Origin: Lingula anatina
Taxonomy: Eukaryota > Animalia > Brachiopoda
DNA: 64,000 nucleotides
Assembly: GCA_051362555.1 (NCBI GenBank)
Contig: CM120649.1
Coordinates: 18,862,567-18,926,566, forward strand
Direction: 5' to 3'
Position numbers and translations under genes: made by a program
Shown here: positions 25,489 to 35,949 of the stretch, piece by piece
Position numbering within the stretch: position 1 is the first letter of the stretch
Layout: each line of letters begins with the position of its first letter
The notes under the pieces: generated by a model
The model's database searches: none
What the model saw: the letters and a program-made list of their open reading frames with translations, nothing else
What the model was told of the DNA's origin: nothing

Positions 25489-26649
25489 TTAACTGGAATT
25501 TTGAAATCAAATCTTTTGAGAGTCTTATTTGTTACTGCAGCTCGACGGTGAGTATTGTGGAAAGGGGAGCTGCAACATTTTTGGTTGTGCCTGCGTAGGA
25601 GGATGCAAAGAAGACTGTTCGCCTGCAATGGTTATGCTGCCGTAAGATATTATGTATATTGTATGCTATTATATTCGACATGTCATATTCTAATTTAGGT
25701 TGATATTATACTTAAACTATCCTGCTGTCCAGGAAAGTGAGAACATCGGTAACGATTCGTCGTCAGATTTTAATTTGAACTCTGTTAAATGAACCCCATA
25801 GACTGATTCCATCATAACGTTTATTTAACGCAGGATTGTGTATTATTGACAACTATGATTAAATTTGTGCAACTAAAATGGCCTTTTTCAAAATGCCCTT
25901 TATCACAATTAATGCGTGGCATTTATTTCAAACACCAAATGTATCATTTCAGAGGGCAAACAAGATCGGTTTGCAAATGTCAAAACAAGCGTGCCCTTGC
26001 AGACAATGCTGATGAAACTGATGCGGGTGAAGTTTTTAGTGAAACTCACAAATAGGCGAGGAGACTAGATTCTGGATGTATTGAAAGGCAAGGATGAGGA
26101 ATTGTCTCTTTCCAAAAATATTCGGAAAAGGCGCAACCCATTTATTTTGTATTTCATTTTGTGTGTGTTTGTGGGAGATCCTGTGGTGGGAATGGGGGTG
26201 AGGGCAGTGTAAAGATTTATAGTGTCCATATGTTCGTTTCTTCCTAGTGCACACTACAAGAGGGTTTGCGTTTGGGTATACTTGTACTTTAAAAATCCTT
26301 TTACATAACATTTAAGGCCCCAGATATGAAAATCAGTTAGCCCTATTGAAGAACACAACGTTAGCTTATATAGAATGCGGAACTGTGTATTGCATAATTA
26401 CTGTAGATTACTGTACAAGAAATAGTAGAACATGTTGGGATTAGTTTGCTCAGTACTTAATAATTATGCAACAAGTGCTATAACAATGGTGTACTTTCAG
26501 AGATTGATGACGTCATATCCATTGCTGTTTTTACAGAAGCTACAGAAACACACCATAGTGCCCAAGACGACGTCAGGGTTGGAAAATACTTAAAAGTGTG
26601 GAATTGCAATATGCAGATTTTATTCAGAGTGAACATGAATAAAGCATAA
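24267..26649 (+). CDS. Mytimycin/Diedel-like 12-Cys secreted peptide precursor B (exons 24267-24386, 25541-25641, 25953-26026, 26501-26649; 147 aa)
   Basis: Same exon phases as A. Reads MAGHLVAVIVLVTVLLSERSEE-VCCHSSYFYHELCLDCSKLDGEYCGKGSCNIFGCACVGGCKEDCSPAMVMLPGQTRSVCKCQN-KR-ALADNADETDAEIDDVISIAVFTEATETHHSAQDDVRVGKYLKVWNCNMQILFRVNMNKA*. Confidence 0.85.
24409..24797. mobile_element. Old Harbinger-like MITE in intron 1 of peptide gene B
   Basis: tgcccctgttccacaccaaccacgaattccacgaacc ... gttcgtggaattcgtagtcggtgaggaataggggca. It sits at the same position as in gene A, so it predates the duplication. Confidence 0.65.
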
Positions 26650-27729
26650 TAATGAATTTAAATGTTAGGGAGATAAATGAATGAATAAAACATTAAATCG
26701 GATCTATGATTTATGATTTGTGGGACGCGGTTGTTAGAGAAAGCTTAACATATCTATTAATTATTCATTTCCATTTTTTTCAATAAAACTGTTTGAAAAC
26801 AAAGTGGAGCATATCAATATTTTATGTTTTGTACACGTTAATTTCAAAACAACCTGATATTTTAAACGATATCACATGCAAGAACATGTTATCAACTTCA
26901 AATGAGTTGATAAAGTTGTCACAATCGTTAGCTATGAGTAAGAACAGATAGCATAGGAGCTAAGAGTAGAAATTTTGCATTGATTCGGAGGGTGAGGTCA
27001 ATTGAATACCGCTATTAAGACAACTAAAATGAAAGTCTTTTTATCCTGTGATTGGGTTAAAATTACCATATATAAATTACATAACTTTTAATCATACATA
27101 TCCATAATTTCTGTTTATTATGCAAACAAGTATTACATTTTCTGAAAACAACTTTTCAGCTACTGTTCTTACCATTGTTTTATCATTGGCATTTGTAAAA
27201 AAATACTATATTTCGTTCACAAAATCGATGAGATGTACGTTTACTGTGATTACATGCAACAAAAAAGAGGAGTTGAATCTCGATATGATGGAAGGTTTTT
27301 GTATTTGAGGCCCTCGCCCACACAAACCCAAGTCCAACAGAGAAACATCCAAACCCAAAGTTTTACAAGGGGTCGAGAAAATATATATAGCATCGTCAAG
27401 GATAATTACTTTAAAAATGATTGCCTTGCTGTGATGCACATTAACGTTAAAGTCGATTAAACTCTAGACACGAAAAAATTAATTTAGTGCCGGGGGTGAA
27501 AAATGACCTCCACCCACCCTGCGGCCACATGCTTACACTTTAAGAAAGAAACACCCGAAACAGCCACAAAAACATTTCCTTTGATACAATTTTACAGCGC
27601 TCTTACAAACAATTCATTAAGGTATCAAAGACTGACTTTTTTCTTGGGATGACATTTACATTGGGTTACATTGTAGCACGTTACCTTGATAAACCTGCGG
27701 TATAACTGTTTGAAGTGTATATATATTAA

Positions 27730-28137
27730 TTAAACCTTGGAAATCCTAACTTAAAGGTCATACATATATACCCTGCATATATTTAGCCATCAAACATGTG
27801 CTACTGCTAAACACATCCAGGCTAAAAGGGTGTACCATGCTTAGGTGCAAAACATGCTTGGGAGCTAAATGCGTTGAATAAATCTGACAAAGCAAGCACT
27901 TGAATGTTTTTACAGTCTACGTTATAATTGTGCACCTGTGTTTTGTACCAAAAATAAAAACATTTCAGGTCATTTTAATGTCTTTTCGTGCAAGAATGTT
28001 GTCTAACAACTGAGGTTGATACAATGTTGTTATCTGACACTGATCCAAGTTTCAAATCCAACTTTTATCCGATGTCTTATCAACGTTATGGCTCAACGTT
28101 GTTTCAACGTTAAAACAACGTCATTTGCCCGCTGGGT
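27730..28137. mobile_element. Right arm of a non-autonomous DNA transposon (terminus ...caacgtcatttgcccgctggg)
   Basis: Nearly colinear with 44620-44965. It interrupts sequence that is contiguous in the paralogous spacer at ~23140-23170. Confidence 0.65.
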
Positions 28138-28559
28138 CAGCACAGCATTTGTCTGTTCCGCCTTCGACTATCACAGGTTAAGAGTTCTTTTGGTGCAACA
28201 TCTTATGGTAGTGTTTAATTATTATTTTACGTTAATCACTGATGTGATTGCGTCATATACATAATGTCTAGATACATATGCATCACTCAACATATTTAGC
28301 TGTATTAAGCCAACATGAGACATTACAGGAGGACAATCTACTTTATTTTCAGATGTAGAGGTGCCCCTATTTGTTTGTTATACATGTCGGTTTATATATA
28401 GTAAAGGCGAGGGGGTACCTTCGTTAAACATATTTCATTTATTTATTTATCTATTTATTTATTTATTTATTTTTTGTGAATTGTGGAGAGGGCATGTACC
28501 AGATGTGCCAGCTGTGCTAGAAATTACAGTGCGATTTTTGCATCTTTATACCCTTTTGA

Positions 28560-28980
28560 CTAAGCATTTAGGAGCAAAATATATGGCAATTATTAGCTGC
28601 ACTGAAGTAAGTAAAACAAATACACTGTTCATTTTGTGAATTTTAATAACAGGAGCTGAAGGGTATTGATTATTAAAAAGAAAACGTTAGAATAATTGAG
28701 GGAGTTATATTTCAGTTTACATATAGCTCCCTGTATCCGCTAAATAACATACGTAGAGTGACTATGAAATGATTAATGTAATGATATTTTATTTTCAGAG
28801 AAATGAAAAGGTTATATTCACGGGTGCTTTCACAGATGACACAGAAGTACACCGCGGGGAAAGTTTGAAAACATGAGATAATACAATTGGCAGTTTTCAG
28901 AAGAAATAGATTAACGGGAAACAAAATAATGAAATGAAATGGAACAGACTCAAGGTTTAGATCAAATGATTAAATAAAGC
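28560..28980 (+). pseudogene. Remnant of intron 3 / exon 4 / 3'UTR of a mytimycin-like gene
   Basis: attagctgcactgaagtaagtaaaacaa matches intron 3 of gene A (~22510-22540). After ttttcag (28798) it reads RNEKVIFTGAFTDDTEVH, versus EIDDVISIAVFTEATETH in gene B. AATAAA at ~28973. Confidence 0.55.
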
Positions 28981-30470
28981 ATTTCTTTGGATCTTTCTCA
29001 TATGCCAATATAACTGACATCGTTTAGCGTTACAGAGGATTTAGTGAGTAGAAAAGGCTAAGTACATTTCAATTATTAATTATTTCTATGATATATTTAA
29101 CGAATCAATAGAATTTATGATTGCTCTGTCTTCTCATGTTTTATTCTCTAGCCTCCAACACTATGCAGTGCCTTGAGAGGACCAAACGAGGTGAGATTAT
29201 TCTGAAACTAATTATATAAAAAGTTCAAATAGAAATAAATGCACATTTAATATACATTAACGTACTTAGAAATTATTTTCGCGTAACTACCGCTTCCGTA
29301 GTTTCTATTTATAATGTAATCCCGTATTCAGCTTAAAGTCCGTGTGTCACCATGTCGATGATATTTTAAGATTATAACACCAATGTGATTATTATGGTAT
29401 ATTTATTCCAAAAATCAATGATTTGTTAATTTGATATTAAAGCATATTTTAGCCCCAACAAAGTAACATCCAAACTGACACTTTACATAAAACATTACAT
29501 AAAAGCAAGGAAGTTATTTACTTTTTACACATTTGACGTCGACTTTTTTGCTGATCGCCTGGATAAAACTGCGGCAATCACAGGTAAGATAATGTTAATA
29601 TTCCTTTACTAAAACTGTTGCCCTTATAATGACAATAATAAGTAATTATTAGGCCTCGCTCGATAATATAAAACAACTCAAAACACCAAGCAAAGTTGAC
29701 AGTGGAAACGTGATGTATTTGTTGAATCCCAGCACCCAGACAAAGGTGACAAATTGAAAAAGGAGCCAAATGATAAATGTTGGCAGTTAAATAATAGTTG
29801 CAATAAAAACAACACAATAATATTATGTGCATACAAAATCGTTTATTGTAAGCTTAAGGCAGTATTTCAGGAAAAAAATCTACACTAGTGATCTTTGCTT
29901 GACCTTGGCCTCCAAGCCAATTAACCTTGGTAAATGGTTCCTGCTAATTAATTAAGCTTTTTATTCTCTAAATAGCTCTTTGTTTACAACTGAGGACATA
30001 TTTCAAGCTTCTATTCTATTAATTTCAGAAAAAAAGGAATACTTGAAAATAAAAAGACCCAATTTGCTTACATTGACTTATCAAAATGCCCGTCATTCTG
30101 CATTTTCTGTACCATGTGTCACGTATACATACTGTAACTGGAATGATAATTTAAAAAAAACACTGTTTAAAATGGTTTACAGATGTAAGATGATCTTTTG
30201 TAAATAAAGACCCATGGAATGATAGGTGGGAAATCATTTTTTCTACCAAGTTTGAATTCTCAAGGAAATATCTCTGGTAATCACACCAGATTGTTACACT
30301 GTATATAAGTACATGTATAATGTTTAAGAAAGATCTCAGATCATCAAATCATTCTGTTATATTTGTATGGCATAAATCTATACACTATTCATCTCAAAAT
30401 ATTAATGTGCATTTATCAGTATTTCATGTGCTAAATTGTAAATAGCTAATAAACCAAAACTACTAGTATC

Positions 30471-30522
<52 letters not shown>

Positions 30523-31287
30523 GCAACAGCAACAACAATTATAATAATAATAATAATAATAATAATACTTTGGGTTTTATGCGTTTTGTCATCTTATTTC
30601 AAAAATGGTTCTAACAATATTCGCTTTTAACAACACATAGGGTAGTTAATATACTGTATATAGTAAATGTGATACATCTGGATTAACATACAGATAATTC
30701 CTTTTGTGGTTCCTACAACAATGTCATTTTGCTTTCTATCAAAACAACGAAGCAACAAACTTTACAAATCTCCCCTTTGGGATGTAAGGCTTTTAATTTG
30801 ATTCCCTTTAATTAAAAAGGAGACAACTGGCTGGCAAACGCAAAGTGTACACGTTGTCAGCTTTTCTGCTCAGACCTATTCTTTAGGTCATCAGCTGTTT
30901 TGCATTACTAAATGAACTTCGTCCACCTTCCTAAAGTGACAGTTGTTTATTGATAAATACTTCAACTACTTATATAAAACATTCCGTGGTAATTATTACA
31001 GTGAACTTTGAAACAATAATTATATAATATCATACAGTCATATATTCATATATTATATATTTTCAAAAATATTACATCATTTAAGCAATAGTGTAATTTA
31101 TTTGACCGATGGCCATTCCTGCATATACCGTTTTAGTGCTCTGGTTGCCATTTTTTGAACAACGACAATAACTGTCGGTTGGCAAAATGGGTTTTAGAAA
31201 ACGAAACTAGAGCTTTAGACTCTGGCACTAACGTCACTTAAATTAGTATTCCGTTGTACATGACAGAGATGTTATCTACATGTAATC

Positions 31288-32604
31288 TTACATGTGCATC
31301 ACATAGAACTGGGTATAATCAGTTGGACTTATTGTCAAATTTTTAAATACAACATGGAGCGGCAGGGCTAAGCTGAGCTTTTTGTCGTTTCCAAAAGGAA
31401 TATCCCCTCCAACAATCATTGCTAAGGCTTGCCTATTCCTTACATCTTCATGTCTGGTTGTTATAATGGATCCACTATCGCCTGCTTTCGAGAAAGCATT
31501 GTCACTGCCGTCTGCCTCAAAGGCCATAAAGGTGAATGGTCCATGCAATATGTCTTGCTCTCCAAAACCATGAAGTTTCATTTTAGTACGAAATTTTGCA
31601 TTAAATAATTTTCCAAATGTTGTCTTTGTCCCAGCTCCAGACTTTTGTACTTCGAGACCATGCTCAGTGAAGACACGTATATTGCATGGGATCAATTCGT
31701 GGACAAGAGCTTCATTTGTTATTTTAACACAAGTAACATCAACAAAGTACGAACTATTGTCCACGTCGGACCACTCTTTATACGTACTTGAATGGACTTC
31801 TCCAACTATTTTAGGTGATTCATTTTCTATACAAAATACATGTAATGGTGACTCGGTTTCAGATACACGTGCACTCAAAAGCACATCCAGACAATGGCAA
31901 CACGTGATACCATAGCATTCCCTTCCAAAACCAAAACATAAAAATCCTCCCATGGTGCCTGACCTTGGAGAAGTCACCTCTGCATACCCTTGTGCGTGAA
32001 GCTTCATTAATCCGTCTTGGCCCTCAGGTAGCTCATATAACTCAAAATTTAAACTACCCCTTTTCAGTTTCCCAAGTTCTCTTTCCACTTCATTTTTCTT
32101 ACCGTAAAGAACATTTGCATGCGCAATGTTGTCTACGTCGTCATACCAATAGCTGCTTACATCAGGACATCTGAAATAAAACAGCGAGCTTTTATCCGTC
32201 TGCACATTACACATGTTTATACTTTTTTGACACTGACAGAATAGAAATTTACTTATTTTATTAACACTCAGCGTAATAGGAAACTGAAAAAAGAAACACA
32301 GAGTTATAGGGTTTGGTAACAAGTAAATGAAAGGTGAGTCTAACGTGTCTAGGTATTTTGTGACATCAGTGGGAATGTCAAGTGTTGGTTCCGATTTCAT
32401 TCCCATGAGGGTCTTGACTGATGCAACTGGGGGTTCCGATTTCATTTCCATGAGGGTCTTGACTGATGCAACTGGGGGTTCCGATTTCATTTCCATGAGG
32501 GTCTTGACTGATGCAACTGGGGGTTCCGATTTCATTTCCATGAGGGTCTTGACTGATGCAACTGCCCCCTGGGCATCGGTAGCACTGATCTGATTTTGTT
32601 CTCC
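31288..32604 (-). CDS. Terminal exons (32604-32345 and 32170-31288) encoding a 15-aa repeat region and a Nal1/Ssy5-like trypsin-fold serine protease
   Basis: Motifs GTMGGF...YGITCCHCL (His), FVDVTCVKI (Asp), VQKSGAGTKTTFG, FSKAGDSGSII (Ser), ALAMIVGG and LALPL. There is no signal peptide or IVGG activation N-terminus. A phase-2 GT-AG intron at 32344-32171 happens to be open in frame, which is why the ORF track merges the two exons. Confidence 0.8.
   Translation of the reverse strand, partial: GEQNQISATDAQGAVASVKTLMEMKSEPPVASVKTLMEMKSEPPVASVKTLMEMKSEPPVASVKTLMGMKSEPTLDIPTDVTKYLDTLDSPFIYLLPNPITLCFFFQFPITLSVNKISKFLFCQCQKSINMCNVQTDKSSLFYFRCPDVSSYWYDDVDNIAHANVLYGKKNEVERELGKLKRGSLNFELYELPEGQDGLMKLHAQGYAEVTSPRSGTMGGFLCFGFGRECYGITCCHCLDVLLSARVSETESPLHVFCIENESPKIVGEVHSSTYKEWSDVDNSSYFVDVTCVKITNEALVHELIPCNIRVFTEHGLEVQKSGAGTKTTFGKLFNAKFRTKMKLHGFGEQDILHGPFTFMAFEADGSDNAFSKAGDSGSIITTRHEDVRNRQALAMIVGGDIPFGNDKKLSLALPLHVVFKNLTISPTDYTQFYVMHM
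32387..32564. repeat. 45-bp coding minisatellite, ~4 units (KTLMEMKSEPPVASV on the - strand)
   Basis: ggttccgatttcatttccatgagggtcttgactgatgcaactggg is repeated almost perfectly. Confidence 0.95.
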
Positions 32605-34135
32605 CTAATAAACGAATATAAGTTTATTTATATGATAGTATAGGGGTATAATGTTTATAATCTAGAACACAAGAACGCATCTAAAAATAATAAGTACTGG
32701 TACATTATCATATACTTGTATCTATATAGGAATCATGTTGTTGGTTCCTCGGCTGTTTACAGGGACTTTTGAGGCAATAGTTACATGCAGTATACATGTA
32801 GAAGGAAGCCATTCATCTGGTTATTGGATGTGTATTTTCAGTTATTTTGATAAATTGATTGGATGGATTTTCTTTCATTAGTTTTATTCTGTTACGTGCC
32901 AAAGTGTGTTTGTTCGCTAAAATTATATTTTGTGTATCTTCCAATCTACAGCGCTTAAGCGTTTGTTTCATGTATACTGGCCACGCATCCTCAACAGCAT
33001 CATCTCACAGCTGCTTGTCCTGTTGTAAGCAAACGGTAGGGTGTCCATCCTACCACGATATTGTTAGTGAAAATCAAAATGGCAGCAGATGGTAGAAAGA
33101 GCAGCATGATCAGTATATTTCCGGTATAGAAGTAATTAGTCTAACTGAAACCATTTAGAGCTTTAATTTGTCTATTGAATCTAGACCTGATATTTCGTTA
33201 GCCATGATCCTATTATCTGATTGTTTGACATTCGACTAATGCTTGGTGAGCCACTTTGCTACTCCCATGGACCCCATAGTGGAACGATTTCATTTTACTT
33301 TTTGTTATTATTTGAGAAAAAGAATTGCATTCTATCAGGTTAGATCAAATAGCATAAATATTAGTGATTCAAATCAACTATATTTTTCATTGGTGTTTAA
33401 TTGCATGTTTATGGAAACAGAAGTCTATATTGTGATTGAGTTTTAAAACTCTGCAAGTCATAAGTCATATCAATAGAAATAGCAAGGGCCGCTAAAAACG
33501 GTATGGAAAAGACAGGAAAAGATATGGTAAGTTATGTTTTTTTCAAAAGAGACAGACCTTTAAGGAGCATCACATATAAACAACTTCTACTAGTTTCCTA
33601 TATGACTAAAAAAAGTCGACCTGCCAAGGAACAAACTGAGCAAATCACTCGATCAGCCATAAAAGAGCTTTAGATTGTTCCTTTCTTTAAATTGTTGGTC
33701 AGAAATTAAATCTTCTTATCTAGCCTACTTTTCTGCCCCATTTATAGCATAGAAAGCTAGCAGAAAATCCGTTCAAACATCATTTTTCAGGTAATATTAA
33801 GCAATGTCTTTTGGTTATTCTCTTAGTTGTACTATACTTTATGCTGGCATCTTGTTTTGTTTTTTTTTTTTTTTTTTTTTTTTTTTTGGCAAAAATGACT
33901 TCACGTTCATCTAAAAATGAAATATACATACCTTTCAGTAAAACAATTACGCTGTAGGCAAAGCATTCATCAAAATAAATTAGATTGGTTAGCTAGGTGA
34001 TACAAAAAAAATTGAAAAAATGTTTGTCAAAGTTCGTCTACAGTTAACCAGCTGTCAGTTATCTCTGATAATTGAGTCGTTTGCCCTTAATTTTTAATAA
34101 AATCGTTATGGATGGTTATGTACCTCATCGCTCTT

Positions 34136-34166
<31 letters not shown>

Positions 34167-35432
34167 CACACACAAACACACACATATGAAAATTCGTGCA
34201 CATTTCGGCTGTATTAGCTCTCAAATGCAGCTCGAATGTAGTTGGAAAACTAGGAATAACGATAATGCTGTCAGAATGCAGTCTGACTATTTAGAATACA
34301 CTTCAAATGGCGTACGAGTTTAGTTCAATTGCTGGCTGAAATATGATTTCGGCAGCCATCGAGATGCATTCGAGTTGCATTCCGACTCATTTTAGCAGGA
34401 TTTGAAGTGTCTTGCCCTTTCAGTTCTCCCTCGAACGACATTCTTGCTCATTCCACCTCTAATGTGACGGGGCCTTCGGAGAGACAATTCTTTGTAAGTT
34501 CCTAGATATTCGAAGTGCATTCTAAACTTTATGAGTGCATTCCAAAAATTTTTACCCATGCTTGTGGCCGGCCCGAATATTTTGCTCATGCTCAAAATTT
34601 TCGAATTGCATTCCAAGCGGAGAAATATCGATTGGCATGGTAATTGTATTTTAACTGCACTATGAGTGCATTCTAAATATTCTTAGGGCATTCCAACAGC
34701 ATTCGAAACATTCTGATTGCTTTCGAGGGAAAACTGAAAGACACTTGTAGACACTTGTAGTTGGAAGTTGTTATCTGCGTTCGTTTCATACTGTTGTTTT
34801 AAAACTAAACAGAATCTTCCTGGCGAGCTTCATCGAAAGAAAGAACCTACGCGTTATAAAAGATAATCTAAAGCGGTAATGGTGTTGTGGAGGTGTAGCC
34901 GTGGACAACATGGGTCGGGACTAAAACCATGCGTACCGCCAGCGCTCACGCTGGTGGCACTATTAGCATTAACCCCAAAGGATCTGTAAGCCACATTAGA
35001 TAGAAACAAAGTCTCTTACTTACCTTACTGCTTATTGAAGGTGGGATTGGTACAGGTATATCTGAAATTTAATTATATTGTTTTAGTCGGAGCATAAGAT
35101 CCAATTATTTTTATAAAATTTCAACAAGCTATAACCCAAATCAAAGGCTGGTATTTCTATTGCCGTGAACGTGATAAGTCAATGATGAAAAAATGTCTGG
35201 GTGAAGGGCAAGGCAGTCCCAATTAAAAAAAAATGGTCACAGTTGAGTTTGGGTAGGTAAATTTTATGCCAAATGGGTTTCAAACTTTCATCAAATAAAC
35301 CTTCCTTGTTTCTCTTACAATTTAGGTTTATGAGATTCGACGTTATGATTCGTCTACGGATTGAAATCACTTTCTGATCTGAAGAAATCTTTTCGACAGA
35401 TAACTTCCACGTGCGTTAAAACTTTATACAAC

Positions 35433-35483
<51 letters not shown>

Positions 35484-35949
35484 TAACAGTTTTCCTGTAA
35501 ACTTCAGCCAGGTGTATCCTTTCCAAAACCAACAAGGAAAGTAAAGATGTGTCAAGTTGTTCTTGCATTGTATATGAAATTTGTGGATTACCTTGTCCAA
35601 TATTGCCAGCCTCCATCTCCTATACAGATTTAAGAGAGAAATGACCTCTGTAGTCAATAGAGTAATTAATACGGTTACCGTTGAGGACTGGATGTTACCA
35701 TAAGTTCCAAGATTAAAACGCGCGAGAGGTCTGGCGAGTGTGATGCTAAAAGAGGGATGCTCTTCTATCCAAAGTGTAGCTCTAACTGCATTCACATGAA
35801 AGTACATTGTTACAAGGGTAACCATACGTTAAATTTTACTATTACATATAAGAACTAGGACACCTATCATTGTGTAAACTTGGGATGTGAGAAGTAGAAT
35901 ATTGACATACCTATGTCACCTTTGTGTCACCATTAATATACTCAAACAC

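Noticed and set aside
29152-29190. 39-bp micro-exon candidate with good AG/GT sites
   Set aside because: It is isolated, with no homology to the neighbouring gene families.
32387-32564. Regular repeats resembling a CRISPR array
   Set aside because: The units are contiguous with no unique spacers, the context is eukaryotic and there are no cas genes.
32327-32593. + strand ORF with MRVLTDATGGSDFIS repeats
   Set aside because: It is the antisense shadow of the 45-bp coding minisatellite. The splice signals and the protease are on the - strand.
35416-35825. ORFs with poly-L/poly-Y tails (also 8397-8690, 15705-16071, 25383-25628)
   Set aside because: The homopolymers come from (AAT)n microsatellites, and there is no domain signal.
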